From Candidatus Helarchaeota archaeon (GTDB lineage: Archaea > Asgardarchaeota > Lokiarchaeia > Helarchaeales > RDOG01): a stretch of DNA of 34,679 nt. The stretch is from contig JALGVI010000036.1 in NCBI GenBank assembly GCA_029838215.1, forward strand, positions 1 through 34,679, read 5' to 3'. Made by a program: the position numbers and the translations under genes. Positions 1 to 8,512 of the stretch are shown in pieces. Below the pieces are notes generated by a model. The model did no database searches, was not told the DNA's origin, and saw only the letters and a program-made list of their open reading frames with translations. Within the stretch, counting starts at the first letter, position 1. The number at the start of each line of letters is the position of its first letter.

Positions 1-608
1 GAAATAAATAAAGGATTTAGTTGAACAAAAACGTCTTTTGATTTATAATCCATGATGAGGAACATGTTTGGATTGCCGAAATCGGGCTCTTTATCAGGAG
101 AAAGAACTTTCAGCATTTTCTTGCCAACTTCCCGATTTAATTCGGCTTTAATCGATTCGCCGTGTTGTAACTTGTGATTTGCTCTCATCTGGTCTTCTTT
201 CTCAATTATTTCATCGACACCAATGCTTCCAATTAGAAAAGTTTTAAATTCAATTTCCTGGATTTTTTTTCGTGCTATTTGGATGAAGTCATCTAGATTA
301 GTGAACACGTCCCCGCAAATTGAACATGTTTTCATTTCATCTTCTACTTTTTTTCCTAATTTTTCTAACAGGGCTCTTGCAGGCTCATATTTTCCGTTTT
401 TTGCCAAGTTTTCTAGATCGATTATTCCATCCTTGTTATTTGCTCCTTTCAGTTCAAGATCAATTTGGAGACATAATGCACCTTTAAGAGCTTTGCCACG
501 GGTTCCATTATCCAAACCATATCCCAAGAGAGCAAATTGTCTCCCCAAGCAATGGTCACAAAGAGTATAATTCTTCAATAATTCTTTACACTTGTCCAAA
601 ACGTTCAT
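1..608 (-). CDS. pus10: tRNA pseudouridine(54/55) synthase Pus10, N-terminal part (runs off the left edge)
   Basis: My manual translation from ATG at 608 is open to the window edge: MNVLDKCKELLKNYTLCDHCLGRQFALLGYGLDNGTRG...CSICGDVF...ESIKAELNREVGK...QLNPLFI. The LCxxCLGRQFA Zn motif, the second CxxC and the ESIKxELNRExGK and NPLFI signatures match Pus10. It is absent from the ORF track because no stop codon lies in the window. Confidence 0.87.
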   Translation of the reverse strand, partial: MNVLDKCKELLKNYTLCDHCLGRQFALLGYGLDNGTRGKALKGALCLQIDLELKGANNKDGIIDLENLAKNGKYEPARALLEKLGKKVEDEMKTCSICGDVFTNLDDFIQIARKKIQEIEFKTFLIGSIGVDEIIEKEDQMRANHKLQHGESIKAELNREVGKKMLKVLSPDKEPDFGNPNMFLIMDYKSKDVFVQLNPLFI

Positions 609-787
609 TTGTTATTCAATTCCATGAGTTGGCATGAAAAATCGTCATTTAAATAACTATCTAGCATGCTTTTTTGTGATCATAAGATTTATCTATTCAA
701 ATTTACCTATAAAATCCATGCACAATGCTTTAAGAGGAGATAGTTGATTAAAAATATTAGGTTGGTTCATAAAAGATTATTATTTTT

Positions 788-1942
788 GTGCAAATACAGC
801 AAAGACTTATTTCTAATACGAGTCAAGGAGCTTCCTTAGTGCCAAGGACAAAACGGGTTCCTCAAGAAAAAGGAAATCATGCAAAACATCCAAAGCATTT
901 TCCAAGCCAAAAATTATTGGATAAATTATTGATTATTTGGAATCCTGATAATTTTCCTCAACAGAAAATTGAGATAATCAAGCGGTTTTGCAAGAAGAAA
1001 CAATTAAAATGGCAAGAGATAAAAACCAATGAAGTGACAGTTGCAGCAAAACAAATAAGAAGAAGAACAGATGATTTTGAATATTTATTAATCGTTGGTG
1101 ATGAAAAACAGTTTCCCACGTATAAGTTCACGCACGTGGGAATAATTGCGCATACTGACTATATTTATCAAGGAGATAGCCATTTAAAGATAGGGCGAGT
1201 CGTTGGAGGAACAAGAGTCATCACGGAACATCTGAAATGCTGTTGTGGAGATTCGAACTTGACCATTGTCATTGATACCGAACCAACCCGTTCAGAAGAT
1301 GCAATTAAACAATTGGAAAAAATGGGCTATCAAGTGTTTCATTGGCGTGGAATTAACGGACAGTCATTTAAACTCATGGAACCGCTCATAGAAAAGGCAC
1401 AAATGATCTTTCAATACTCTGATGGAACGGCCCGGGATAAGGTTCGTGGTAACGCAAAAGAATGGTATGGCGGAACTCCAGCTCGAGCGTTTTTCACGTA
1501 TAAAGATCTTCGACGAATTCAGTTTATTAACTATCCGTTGATTTTTAGTGAAGCGTGCACTACTGCAAATTTCGGACCATTCGTTCGAGCCATGTGCGAA
1601 GCAAATGCAACTTATATTGGAGCGAGTTGCACCACGTATAATGGTGAAGAACCAGACGTGAGTTGGGAAAACGATCATTCTTGTGATGGAATTAAATTCG
1701 GAATTTTGGATCAACTCGATAAACACCATACCGCAGGAGACATGTTTAGCCACGTTATTAAGGTACTCCGAGAGACGCTCTCATCATCAAGCCAAAAATG
1801 CCTAATGGACATACAAAAAGGAAAACCAATGGAAATCAAGGATACAAAGATAATTTCTGTAATTGAATGGGTTTTATTTGGTAATCCATTAAGAATCCTG
1901 AACAAATCAGCCAAGACTCGTTCTAGGCAGAAAAAGAGATAA
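788..1942 (+). CDS. Peptidase C25 (gingipain, clan CD)-like protein, cytoplasmic, catalytic His apparently absent
   Basis: Motifs LLIVGD, TDYIY, IGRV, IFSEACTTANF, YIGAS and WVLFGNP occur in the same order as in C25 cores. No signal peptide. The GTG start is uncertain. Confidence 0.6.
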   Translation: MQIQQRLISNTSQGASLVPRTKRVPQEKGNHAKHPKHFPSQKLLDKLLIIWNPDNFPQQKIEIIKRFCKKKQLKWQEIKTNEVTVAAKQIRRRTDDFEYLLIVGDEKQFPTYKFTHVGIIAHTDYIYQGDSHLKIGRVVGGTRVITEHLKCCCGDSNLTIVIDTEPTRSEDAIKQLEKMGYQVFHWRGINGQSFKLMEPLIEKAQMIFQYSDGTARDKVRGNAKEWYGGTPARAFFTYKDLRRIQFINYPLIFSEACTTANFGPFVRAMCEANATYIGASCTTYNGEEPDVSWENDHSCDGIKFGILDQLDKHHTAGDMFSHVIKVLRETLSSSSQKCLMDIQKGKPMEIKDTKIISVIEWVLFGNPLRILNKSAKTRSRQKKR

Positions 1943-1945
1943 TAC

Positions 1946-2851
1946 GTGTTGATGACTAATTTGAATCAAGATTTATTTTCACGTACGATATCTCTGCTCA
2001 AGCAACATGGAATACATCCACGAAGGGCTTATTCTCAAAACTTTTTAATCAATCCGCGGCTCATTGACTGGCACGTCCAATTCGCAGAACTTTCTAACAC
2101 AGATGACGTTGTCGAAATAGGTCCGGGACTTGGGGTTCTTACTGAGGCAATAGCTGAAACGGTACAACACGTCACTTGTATCGAGATAGACTCCCGCATG
2201 GTCAAGATTCTACAGGATCGTTTAAAGAGATTTGATAACGTCAATATCGTGCATGGAGATGTTTTAAAGATACCAATTAGCGTCTTTAAAGGAAAAAAAA
2301 TTATTTCCAATACGCCATACAAGATTTCTTCGCCGTTATTATTCAGGATTCTAAACAGTCAATACAGGCTTGGATTATTCACGTTCCAAGAAGAATTTGC
2401 ACGTCGACTGGCAGCACGTCCGGGAGATTCAAAATATGGACGTTTATCCGTAAATGTATCACGGCTTGCCAGGATAAAACTATTAAGACACATTTCTAGA
2501 AGATGGTTTTATCCAAAACCCAAGGTGGATTCGATTCTTTTGAGGGTCGAACCAAATCCGAAATTTGAATCTACACTTTCTCCGATGCTTTTCTCTAATT
2601 TCATTCGAGATCTCTTCAGTTACAAGAATAAAATTTATAAAAATGCATTGAAATTCGTCTTGAAAAAATGGAAATTTAACAAAGAAGAAATTCAAGTGCT
2701 CTTAAAGGATTTACCAAATCTTGAGATCGTCGTCCGGGAATTATCTCCTGAAGAGTTAGAAAAGCAAGCAATAATTCTCTTCGAAAAACTAAAGGACTTG
2801 AATTATCTTGAGAGAATTGGTCTATCGTCAAAAGAGGTTTCTAGTCCCTGA
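1946..2851 (+). CDS. rsmA: 16S rRNA m6,2A dimethyltransferase KsgA/Dim1
   Basis: SQNFL, EIGPGLG, SNTPYKISSP, FQEEFARRL.ARPG, YGRLSV and FYPKPKVDS motifs. The likely start is ATG 1952. Confidence 0.93.
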   Translation: MLMTNLNQDLFSRTISLLKQHGIHPRRAYSQNFLINPRLIDWHVQFAELSNTDDVVEIGPGLGVLTEAIAETVQHVTCIEIDSRMVKILQDRLKRFDNVNIVHGDVLKIPISVFKGKKIISNTPYKISSPLLFRILNSQYRLGLFTFQEEFARRLAARPGDSKYGRLSVNVSRLARIKLLRHISRRWFYPKPKVDSILLRVEPNPKFESTLSPMLFSNFIRDLFSYKNKIYKNALKFVLKKWKFNKEEIQVLLKDLPNLEIVVRELSPEELEKQAIILFEKLKDLNYLERIGLSSKEVSSP

Positions 2852-3416
2852 AGATGTTTATGTTCCATCGGATGATAGCTTTCTCCTCGTAGATAACTTA
2901 CAGGTGCAACGTGGGGATCGCGTATTGGACATGGGATGTGGTTCGGGTATATTAGGGGTTTTTGCTGGTGAACGCGCCTCTTTTGTCCTATCCGTTGACG
3001 TATCGCCCAAGGCAATTGAATGTGCACGAAATAACTTCATTCTCAATGAGGTTTCGTGTAAGCATGAGTTTCGAGTGGGAAATCTTTTCACGGTCGTTCC
3101 TGAAAGATTTGACTTGATTCTTTTTAACCCACCTTATCTACCCATTTCAGATGAGGAAAAAAAACCCGAGTTGATTGAACGGGCATGGGATGGAGGTCCA
3201 GACGGTAGAGCAGTTATAGATGTTTTTTTCAAGCAAGTCATGAAGCATTTATCAAGAAATGGAAGGATTCTTTATCTGCAATCTTCACTTGCGAAACCAG
3301 AATTAACATGGTATAAGGGTAAAGAAATTGGTTTAAAATGGAAAATATTAGAAAAAAGGAGCTTCTTTTTTGAAGAATTGATGGCAGTCCTATTTCAAAG
3401 GCTTGATGTATCCTAG
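2808..3416 (+). CDS. hemK: HemK2/N6AMT1-like release-factor glutamine methyltransferase
   Basis: VYVPSDDSFLL, LDMGCGSG, LFNPPY and WDGGPDGR motifs. It follows ksgA, as is common in archaea. Confidence 0.85.
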   Translation: MRELVYRQKRFLVPEDVYVPSDDSFLLVDNLQVQRGDRVLDMGCGSGILGVFAGERASFVLSVDVSPKAIECARNNFILNEVSCKHEFRVGNLFTVVPERFDLILFNPPYLPISDEEKKPELIERAWDGGPDGRAVIDVFFKQVMKHLSRNGRILYLQSSLAKPELTWYKGKEIGLKWKILEKRSFFFEELMAVLFQRLDVS

Positions 3417-4103
3417 TTTTTTGGCTCTCCGGGTTCGCAGGTAATCAATAACAAAGATTAAAGCCACGAAAATGATGCCAAAAACGGGTAACGAAATGAG
3501 AAATCCACGAATCGCCACGACAAAATCGTAGGAAATACTCGCCTCGAAAATGCTATTGTCAGTGAAAGAAATGCGACCTTCCAAACTAACGCCACCAAGG
3601 AACAGGTTGATGGAATATTCAGCAGGAATATACGTGCTTAGAACGTCAGTATAAATATAATAGTAACCTCCGCCAATTGGAGTCATGTTAAATTCTTGTA
3701 CCTGACTTCCTGCTAATTCCAAAGTGGCTTCCTTTATTCCATCGGGATCAATTACTTGAACCAAAATTCCTAATCGTTCGAAGCTATCAAATGGATAAAA
3801 ATAGGTCTGCATGAGTGAAATTAAGAAATCTGATGATAAGCCCACTCCGGATGTTCGAAAAAGCGGATAAAAAAGACTTGGAAGAAAATAATCATAATTT
3901 ACATCCAACATCGGTCCAATAGCAAGAATGCCGAAAGTCGGGTAAGAAGAAGGTGAGAAAGCAGTAAGTGCGTGCGAAGATGCAATTGCAAACGGGTGGG
4001 AACCAAGATATTGCGGGGATTCGGGTTGGACAATTTTTATAAAATATTCTCCTGCAGGAAGGATAAACATCAAAGTTATTGGGCGTGCCATCTCCGTAAA
4101 CAC
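3390..4103 (-). CDS. C-terminal fragment of the S8 peptidase (beta-rich domains plus C-terminal TM anchor), in a shifted frame
   Basis: Overlaps the S8 ORF. Credible sequence begins at ILPAGEYFIKIV (codon 4064) and ends with a hydrophobic helix and the basic tail RTRRAKK. Confidence 0.6.
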   Translation of the reverse strand: MFTEMARPITLMFILPAGEYFIKIVQPESPQYLGSHPFAIASSHALTAFSPSSYPTFGILAIGPMLDVNYDYFLPSLFYPLFRTSGVGLSSDFLISLMQTYFYPFDSFERLGILVQVIDPDGIKEATLELAGSQVQEFNMTPIGGGYYYIYTDVLSTYIPAEYSINLFLGGVSLEGRISFTDNSIFEASISYDFVVAIRGFLISLPVFGIIFVALIFVIDYLRTRRAKKLGYIKPLK

Positions 4104-5709
4104 CGTATAACGATCGTGAATAATAAAGCACGTGTCTATACCACGTGAAGGTCAAGTTGAAATCCTGTTGGGATGATAAAGTAAAACGATAATAGAGGGG
4201 TCGAGAATAAATCACGTTTTCAGATCCCAAAGTGCCAACCGTGATGGCTCCATTATCAAGAAAAGTGTTTAAATGCGCCATGTCGAGATATCCGTAACCA
4301 TACGTTCCATCGGGTCCTGCGGTCCCTCTGTCTTCAGCCGTGTGTATGAGAGCTGCTTTTGCAATGAGTGGATAATAATCGTGAGAAATTTGAGGTTGTT
4401 CCTCTTCCAAATATTGAAACAAGCAAGCCGCTGCACCTGAAACGTGTGGTGTAGCCATTGACGTGCCGCTTAACTCGCGAAATGAAACATTATTGTCGTG
4501 ACGAATGGACCTAATGTTCTGCCCGGGAGCAACCAGATCAGGTTTGATTCTACCATCATAAGTCGGTCCCGTGGAACTACTACTAGCAATGACATCAGTA
4601 CTTCTAATAATATCAACCCCGTTGTCAATGTTTCCAATGCAGAGACAGTTAAACGAATCACCCGGGATGTTGATCTTGTAAGAACCCTCGTTACCTGCAG
4701 CTGATACCCATAAAACATCATAGACATGCGTAAGTGCATCTATGAAAATGGTGAGGGCATTCTGTCCATTATTAATGAGTGAAGTCTGGTCTGGAACTGC
4801 CCCTCCACTAAACGTAATGATATCTGCTTTTTCTTTGGCATTTGTAACCGCCCATTCAGCCCCGATCATTAAATCTGCAGCAATTCCATTTCCAGAACTA
4901 TCCAAGACTTTTACATTTAAGAGTGAAACATTTGGAGCCACCCCAGTATAAAGAGCATTACGACTGGCGACGATCCCTGCCACGTGTGAGCCGTGCTTGT
5001 GATCATCATAAATGTAACCTCCTTGCACGTTGTACCGATCAATCACGCAACCTTGGAGGGCTTGATGATCTTCATTTATGCCCGTATCGCAGATTGCCAC
5101 GACAATATTAGAGCCGTTATATGAAGAGTTCCATGGAGAATAGGGTAAATGTTGGGTTATTGACGGCACGCTGGTATCAAGCCTCGCTTCAATGGGAAAG
5201 TTATATTCAACGCGTGCAATCCCGGGAAGATTGGCAATTGCATTGATGTTTCTTAGGTTAACGCTCCCCGTTAGCATGTTTGAAACGAAGATTTGACGAA
5301 TGCCTTCAACGCCAAGCTTTTTCAATTCTTTCATTAATTTTAATTGACCGGGACGAACTTTTTCTTCAATGAGTTGGCGAATCTGTGAGTATACCTGTTT
5401 AGATTGCTTTGGATGTCCTTGTTTCAGCATGTCCCCGATGAATCTAGACGGTTGGTAATCCAACGTGATTATGATGGAAACAGAAGTATCTTCGGGCAAT
5501 GCTTGTATCATTTCTTGAAGTTGGGGACCAATCTTTTCGTCAAATCGGATATATAAATCGGTTTCAGGGGTATTTCCGTTATTTGAAATGGGAATAACAT
5601 TAATTCGATTTGGAAAAGACATGTTAGGAATCAAGACTAGATAAAAAAGGGATAGGCTTCCAAAAATGATAAAGATTAGAATAAAACAAGTGGTTTTCTT
5701 TCGGAACAT
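3892..5709 (-). CDS. Subtilisin-like S8 serine peptidase with N-terminal signal/TM and prodomain; frameshifted near 4064
   Basis: Catalytic motifs are intact: ICDTGI (Asp), HGSHVAGI (His), AAGN (oxyanion Asn) and GTSMATP (Ser). The last ~57 codons look out of frame. Confidence 0.9.
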   Translation of the reverse strand: MFRKKTTCFILIFIIFGSLSLFYLVLIPNMSFPNRINVIPISNNGNTPETDLYIRFDEKIGPQLQEMIQALPEDTSVSIIITLDYQPSRFIGDMLKQGHPKQSKQVYSQIRQLIEEKVRPGQLKLMKELKKLGVEGIRQIFVSNMLTGSVNLRNINAIANLPGIARVEYNFPIEARLDTSVPSITQHLPYSPWNSSYNGSNIVVAICDTGINEDHQALQGCVIDRYNVQGGYIYDDHKHGSHVAGIVASRNALYTGVAPNVSLLNVKVLDSSGNGIAADLMIGAEWAVTNAKEKADIITFSGGAVPDQTSLINNGQNALTIFIDALTHVYDVLWVSAAGNEGSYKINIPGDSFNCLCIGNIDNGVDIIRSTDVIASSSSTGPTYDGRIKPDLVAPGQNIRSIRHDNNVSFRELSGTSMATPHVSGAAACLFQYLEEEQPQISHDYYPLIAKAALIHTAEDRGTAGPDGTYGYGYLDMAHLNTFLDNGAITVGTLGSENVIYSRPLYYRFTLSSQQDFNLTFTWYRHVLYYSRSLYGVYGDGTPNNFDVYPSCRRIFYKNCPTRIPAISWFPPVCNCIFARTYCFLTFFLPDFRHSCYWTDVGCKL

Positions 5710-5732
5710 CGTATGTAAGAAAAGAAGCGATC

Positions 5733-5749
5733 TATATATATGTTTTTTT
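5733..5749 (-). promoter_or_regulatory. Archaeal BRE/TATA promoter of the S8 peptidase gene (probably leaderless)
   Basis: The minus strand reads AAAAAAAC-ATATATATA, with the TATA element 24-32 nt upstream of ATG 5709. Confidence 0.5.
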
Positions 5750-5912
5750 AAATCACTGACTGCTCGTTAATTTTGCATCCGTACCGAAATTGTAATTAAG
5801 GACAAATGGTTTGATCATTGCACGTTTAAGTAAAATATCAATTTAGATGGCACTTATTCATTATAGAATCGGCAACAAGAGCGTAAAAAAATAACAGGAT
5901 CCTGCAGAAACC

Positions 5913-8498
5913 ATGGATGATTATGATTGCGTCATTTTTTTGTCTCAAAAGGATAAGAAGAAAGGAACATTCTTGTTTTACGATCCTTTCACGCGTGATA
6001 AGAAGATTACGATCAAGAACCAATTCGATGTGGAGTTTGATGCAAGGGAAGATGGAGAGTACGTTCCATTAAGGATAAGAGTTGCAGATAAATTCAAGGT
6101 TGGTCCTCAGGATTACATTCAGCATAAAAAGTTTTATGCTATCTTGCGTGACCTTAACATGGTCTATTTCGTGCAATCACAATTAGATAAAGCGGTTCCT
6201 GTCAAGAAACACTTGAAAAGATATCAAATAAAATTTGGAGATGCCGAGTTCTGTCGATTTTGCCTGTTAGAGAATAAGCTGACGCGACTATCTGATGAGC
6301 AATCTTGCAATAATTTTGGTGAAATTATCTGCATTAATTGTGCCATGGACGAGCTTCAACGTGAAATGAAGTACTCGGGGTTCGTACCGAATGCTAAATT
6401 CTTGAATGTCATGCGAAACATCATCAAGCGAATCAAGGATCTCCAGAAAGTCATCCCGATCTTTCAGGGACGATTTAATGCAGCAAGACATAAGGATCTC
6501 ACGCTTTATGATCGACTTGAAGGACGTCCGCAGAAGATCAAATCAAAAAAAGTTGAAGAAGTAGAAATTCCCAATGAATTAAAAGAAATTCTCGAGAAAA
6601 ATGGAATAAATGAGTTTTTACCCATTCAAAATCTTGCGATTGAAAGTGGCTTATTAAGAAGTGAAGACTTACTTGTTGTATCTTCAACGAGCACGGGTAA
6701 GACGTTAATTGGAGAATTGGCGGGTGTTTCAAAAATTTTGCATGAGCGACATCAGGACTTGCCCAACAAGTCGTTGATTTTTTTGAACCCGCTTCGAGCG
6801 ATTTGTAACCAGGAAAAACAGCGATTTCAAGCCCGTTATGGTCCCTTAAAAATTCGCACGGCCATTCGCGTGGGCATGTCACACATTAACGTGAAAAATG
6901 AGGATCTTGTAATTATTGATGATGATTTAAAGCAAGCAGACATCATCACTGCCACCTATGAAGGATTTGATTACGTCTTAAGGCAGGGGAATTTTAGAGA
7001 ACGAATTAAAGAGCCAAATACAGTCGTCATTGATGAAATCCAGACTTTAGGTGATCCCGAGCGGGGTCCAATACTTGACGGACTGATAGCACGCATCAGG
7101 ACTTTTTTTCCGAAAGCACAAATTATAGGGCTCTCAGCTACAATTAAAAACGCCCGAGAAATCGCTCAAAAATTGAAGTTGAAGCCCGTGATCTTTCCAT
7201 CAGATGATCGCCCCGTTCCCATCGATCGACACTTGGTTTTATGCAAGAGCGAATCTGAAAAGATCTACAATATTGCGAATTTAATCAAGGTCGCATATAA
7301 AAAAGGGAAATTCGGGCATTTTGGGACCACGATCGTTTTTACAAATGCTCGTCTTCGGACGCATTTAATATCTCGAGAATTAAGCCAGCGTGGAATCCGT
7401 TCGATTGCTTATCATGCAGGACTCACGTTCTTTGAACGCAAGAGGATTGAACAGGCCTTTGAAAGAGGGCAAGTTCAAGCCATTGTTACGACTTATGCGC
7501 TGGGAGCAGGTTTTGATGCCCCTGCATATCAAGTCATATTCGAGAGCTTGTTCATGGGAATTGAAGAATTGAGTCCTAACATGTTCTTGCAAATGTCAGG
7601 GCGAGCAGGGCGTTATGGAATGCATGAAAAAGGCGAGGTTTACGTGCTTGCTGAAATTGGAAAATCATTACATTCAAAAGATACTGAAGATCAAATCGCA
7701 TTAAAACTCTTGAATAGCGGACCTGAAGATTTGCAAGTGGGAGGGAATCCCGATGAAGTCGCTACTGAAATCCTCGCATCTCTGAGTGCGGGTATTTCTA
7801 ATGACAAGGATTTACCAAGGTTCTATGATAATTTACTTCATGTTGAGGAAGATTTGACGTCCATATTGAAATTCTTCAAGAAAAATGGACTTGTTGATGC
7901 AGCCTTCAAGGTGACTGAATTGGGTAGAGCGGTGAGTCTCTCTTTTTTCAGCATTGAAGAGGCATCAACGATCATTAAAGAATTAAAAAGAGCAGTGGAC
8001 CCGCTTGAAATTGCCATACTTTCAGAATTCTTTGATAATATATATATCACGTCCAAGATGCATTCGGAATTAGTTAGGATTTTTAAAACAAACATTCCCA
8101 CGAAATTTTTTGCGGGAACGATCACTGAATTAACCAATTCTTACAAGAAAAGTAAGAAAAAAATACCCATGCACGTTCAGAAGTTATTTGGCAAGTGGCA
8201 AAATGCCTTTTTTGATTGTGAATGTCCGAAGAAGGAAGAATGCCTGTGCGGTTTTATAAAGACGAATCGGACAATCCTCGAGCTTCGAATGGAAGATAAA
8301 AAGACTCCAAAAGAAATAAGTGATATTTTTAAGAGGGAGTATCAATTAGACATTTATTCGGGAGATCTTCTCAGATTTCTCGATGGAATCAACCATAAGC
8401 TGCGTGGTATTGGGCGTATAGCTTTAGCATTGGGTAAAAAAGAAGTTCTAAAAGAAATAAATAAGATGATAAGGAAAATTGAAGATCCTTATTCGTGA
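5913..8498 (+). CDS. Archaea-specific superfamily II helicase (COG1202/DUF5814-like)
   Basis: Walker A STSTGKT, motif II DEIQ, motif III SAT and motif VI QMSGRAGR. It has an N-terminal CRFC..CINC and a C-terminal DCEC..CLCG Zn motif typical of this family. Confidence 0.85.
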   Translation: MDDYDCVIFLSQKDKKKGTFLFYDPFTRDKKITIKNQFDVEFDAREDGEYVPLRIRVADKFKVGPQDYIQHKKFYAILRDLNMVYFVQSQLDKAVPVKKHLKRYQIKFGDAEFCRFCLLENKLTRLSDEQSCNNFGEIICINCAMDELQREMKYSGFVPNAKFLNVMRNIIKRIKDLQKVIPIFQGRFNAARHKDLTLYDRLEGRPQKIKSKKVEEVEIPNELKEILEKNGINEFLPIQNLAIESGLLRSEDLLVVSSTSTGKTLIGELAGVSKILHERHQDLPNKSLIFLNPLRAICNQEKQRFQARYGPLKIRTAIRVGMSHINVKNEDLVIIDDDLKQADIITATYEGFDYVLRQGNFRERIKEPNTVVIDEIQTLGDPERGPILDGLIARIRTFFPKAQIIGLSATIKNAREIAQKLKLKPVIFPSDDRPVPIDRHLVLCKSESEKIYNIANLIKVAYKKGKFGHFGTTIVFTNARLRTHLISRELSQRGIRSIAYHAGLTFFERKRIEQAFERGQVQAIVTTYALGAGFDAPAYQVIFESLFMGIEELSPNMFLQMSGRAGRYGMHEKGEVYVLAEIGKSLHSKDTEDQIALKLLNSGPEDLQVGGNPDEVATEILASLSAGISNDKDLPRFYDNLLHVEEDLTSILKFFKKNGLVDAAFKVTELGRAVSLSFFSIEEASTIIKELKRAVDPLEIAILSEFFDNIYITSKMHSELVRIFKTNIPTKFFAGTITELTNSYKKSKKKIPMHVQKLFGKWQNAFFDCECPKKEECLCGFIKTNRTILELRMEDKKTPKEISDIFKREYQLDIYSGDLLRFLDGINHKLRGIGRIALALGKKEVLKEINKMIRKIEDPYS

Positions 8499-8512
8499 AT
8501 CAGTAGGCTGAA

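Noticed and set aside
223-570. 115-aa plus-strand ORF in the track
   Set aside because: It is an antisense shadow of pus10, which carries recognisable motifs on the minus strand.
3892-4062. Cys-rich C-terminus of the S8 ORF (PSCRRIFYKNCPTR...)
   Set aside because: It is most likely out-of-frame read-through past the frameshift, not a real domain.
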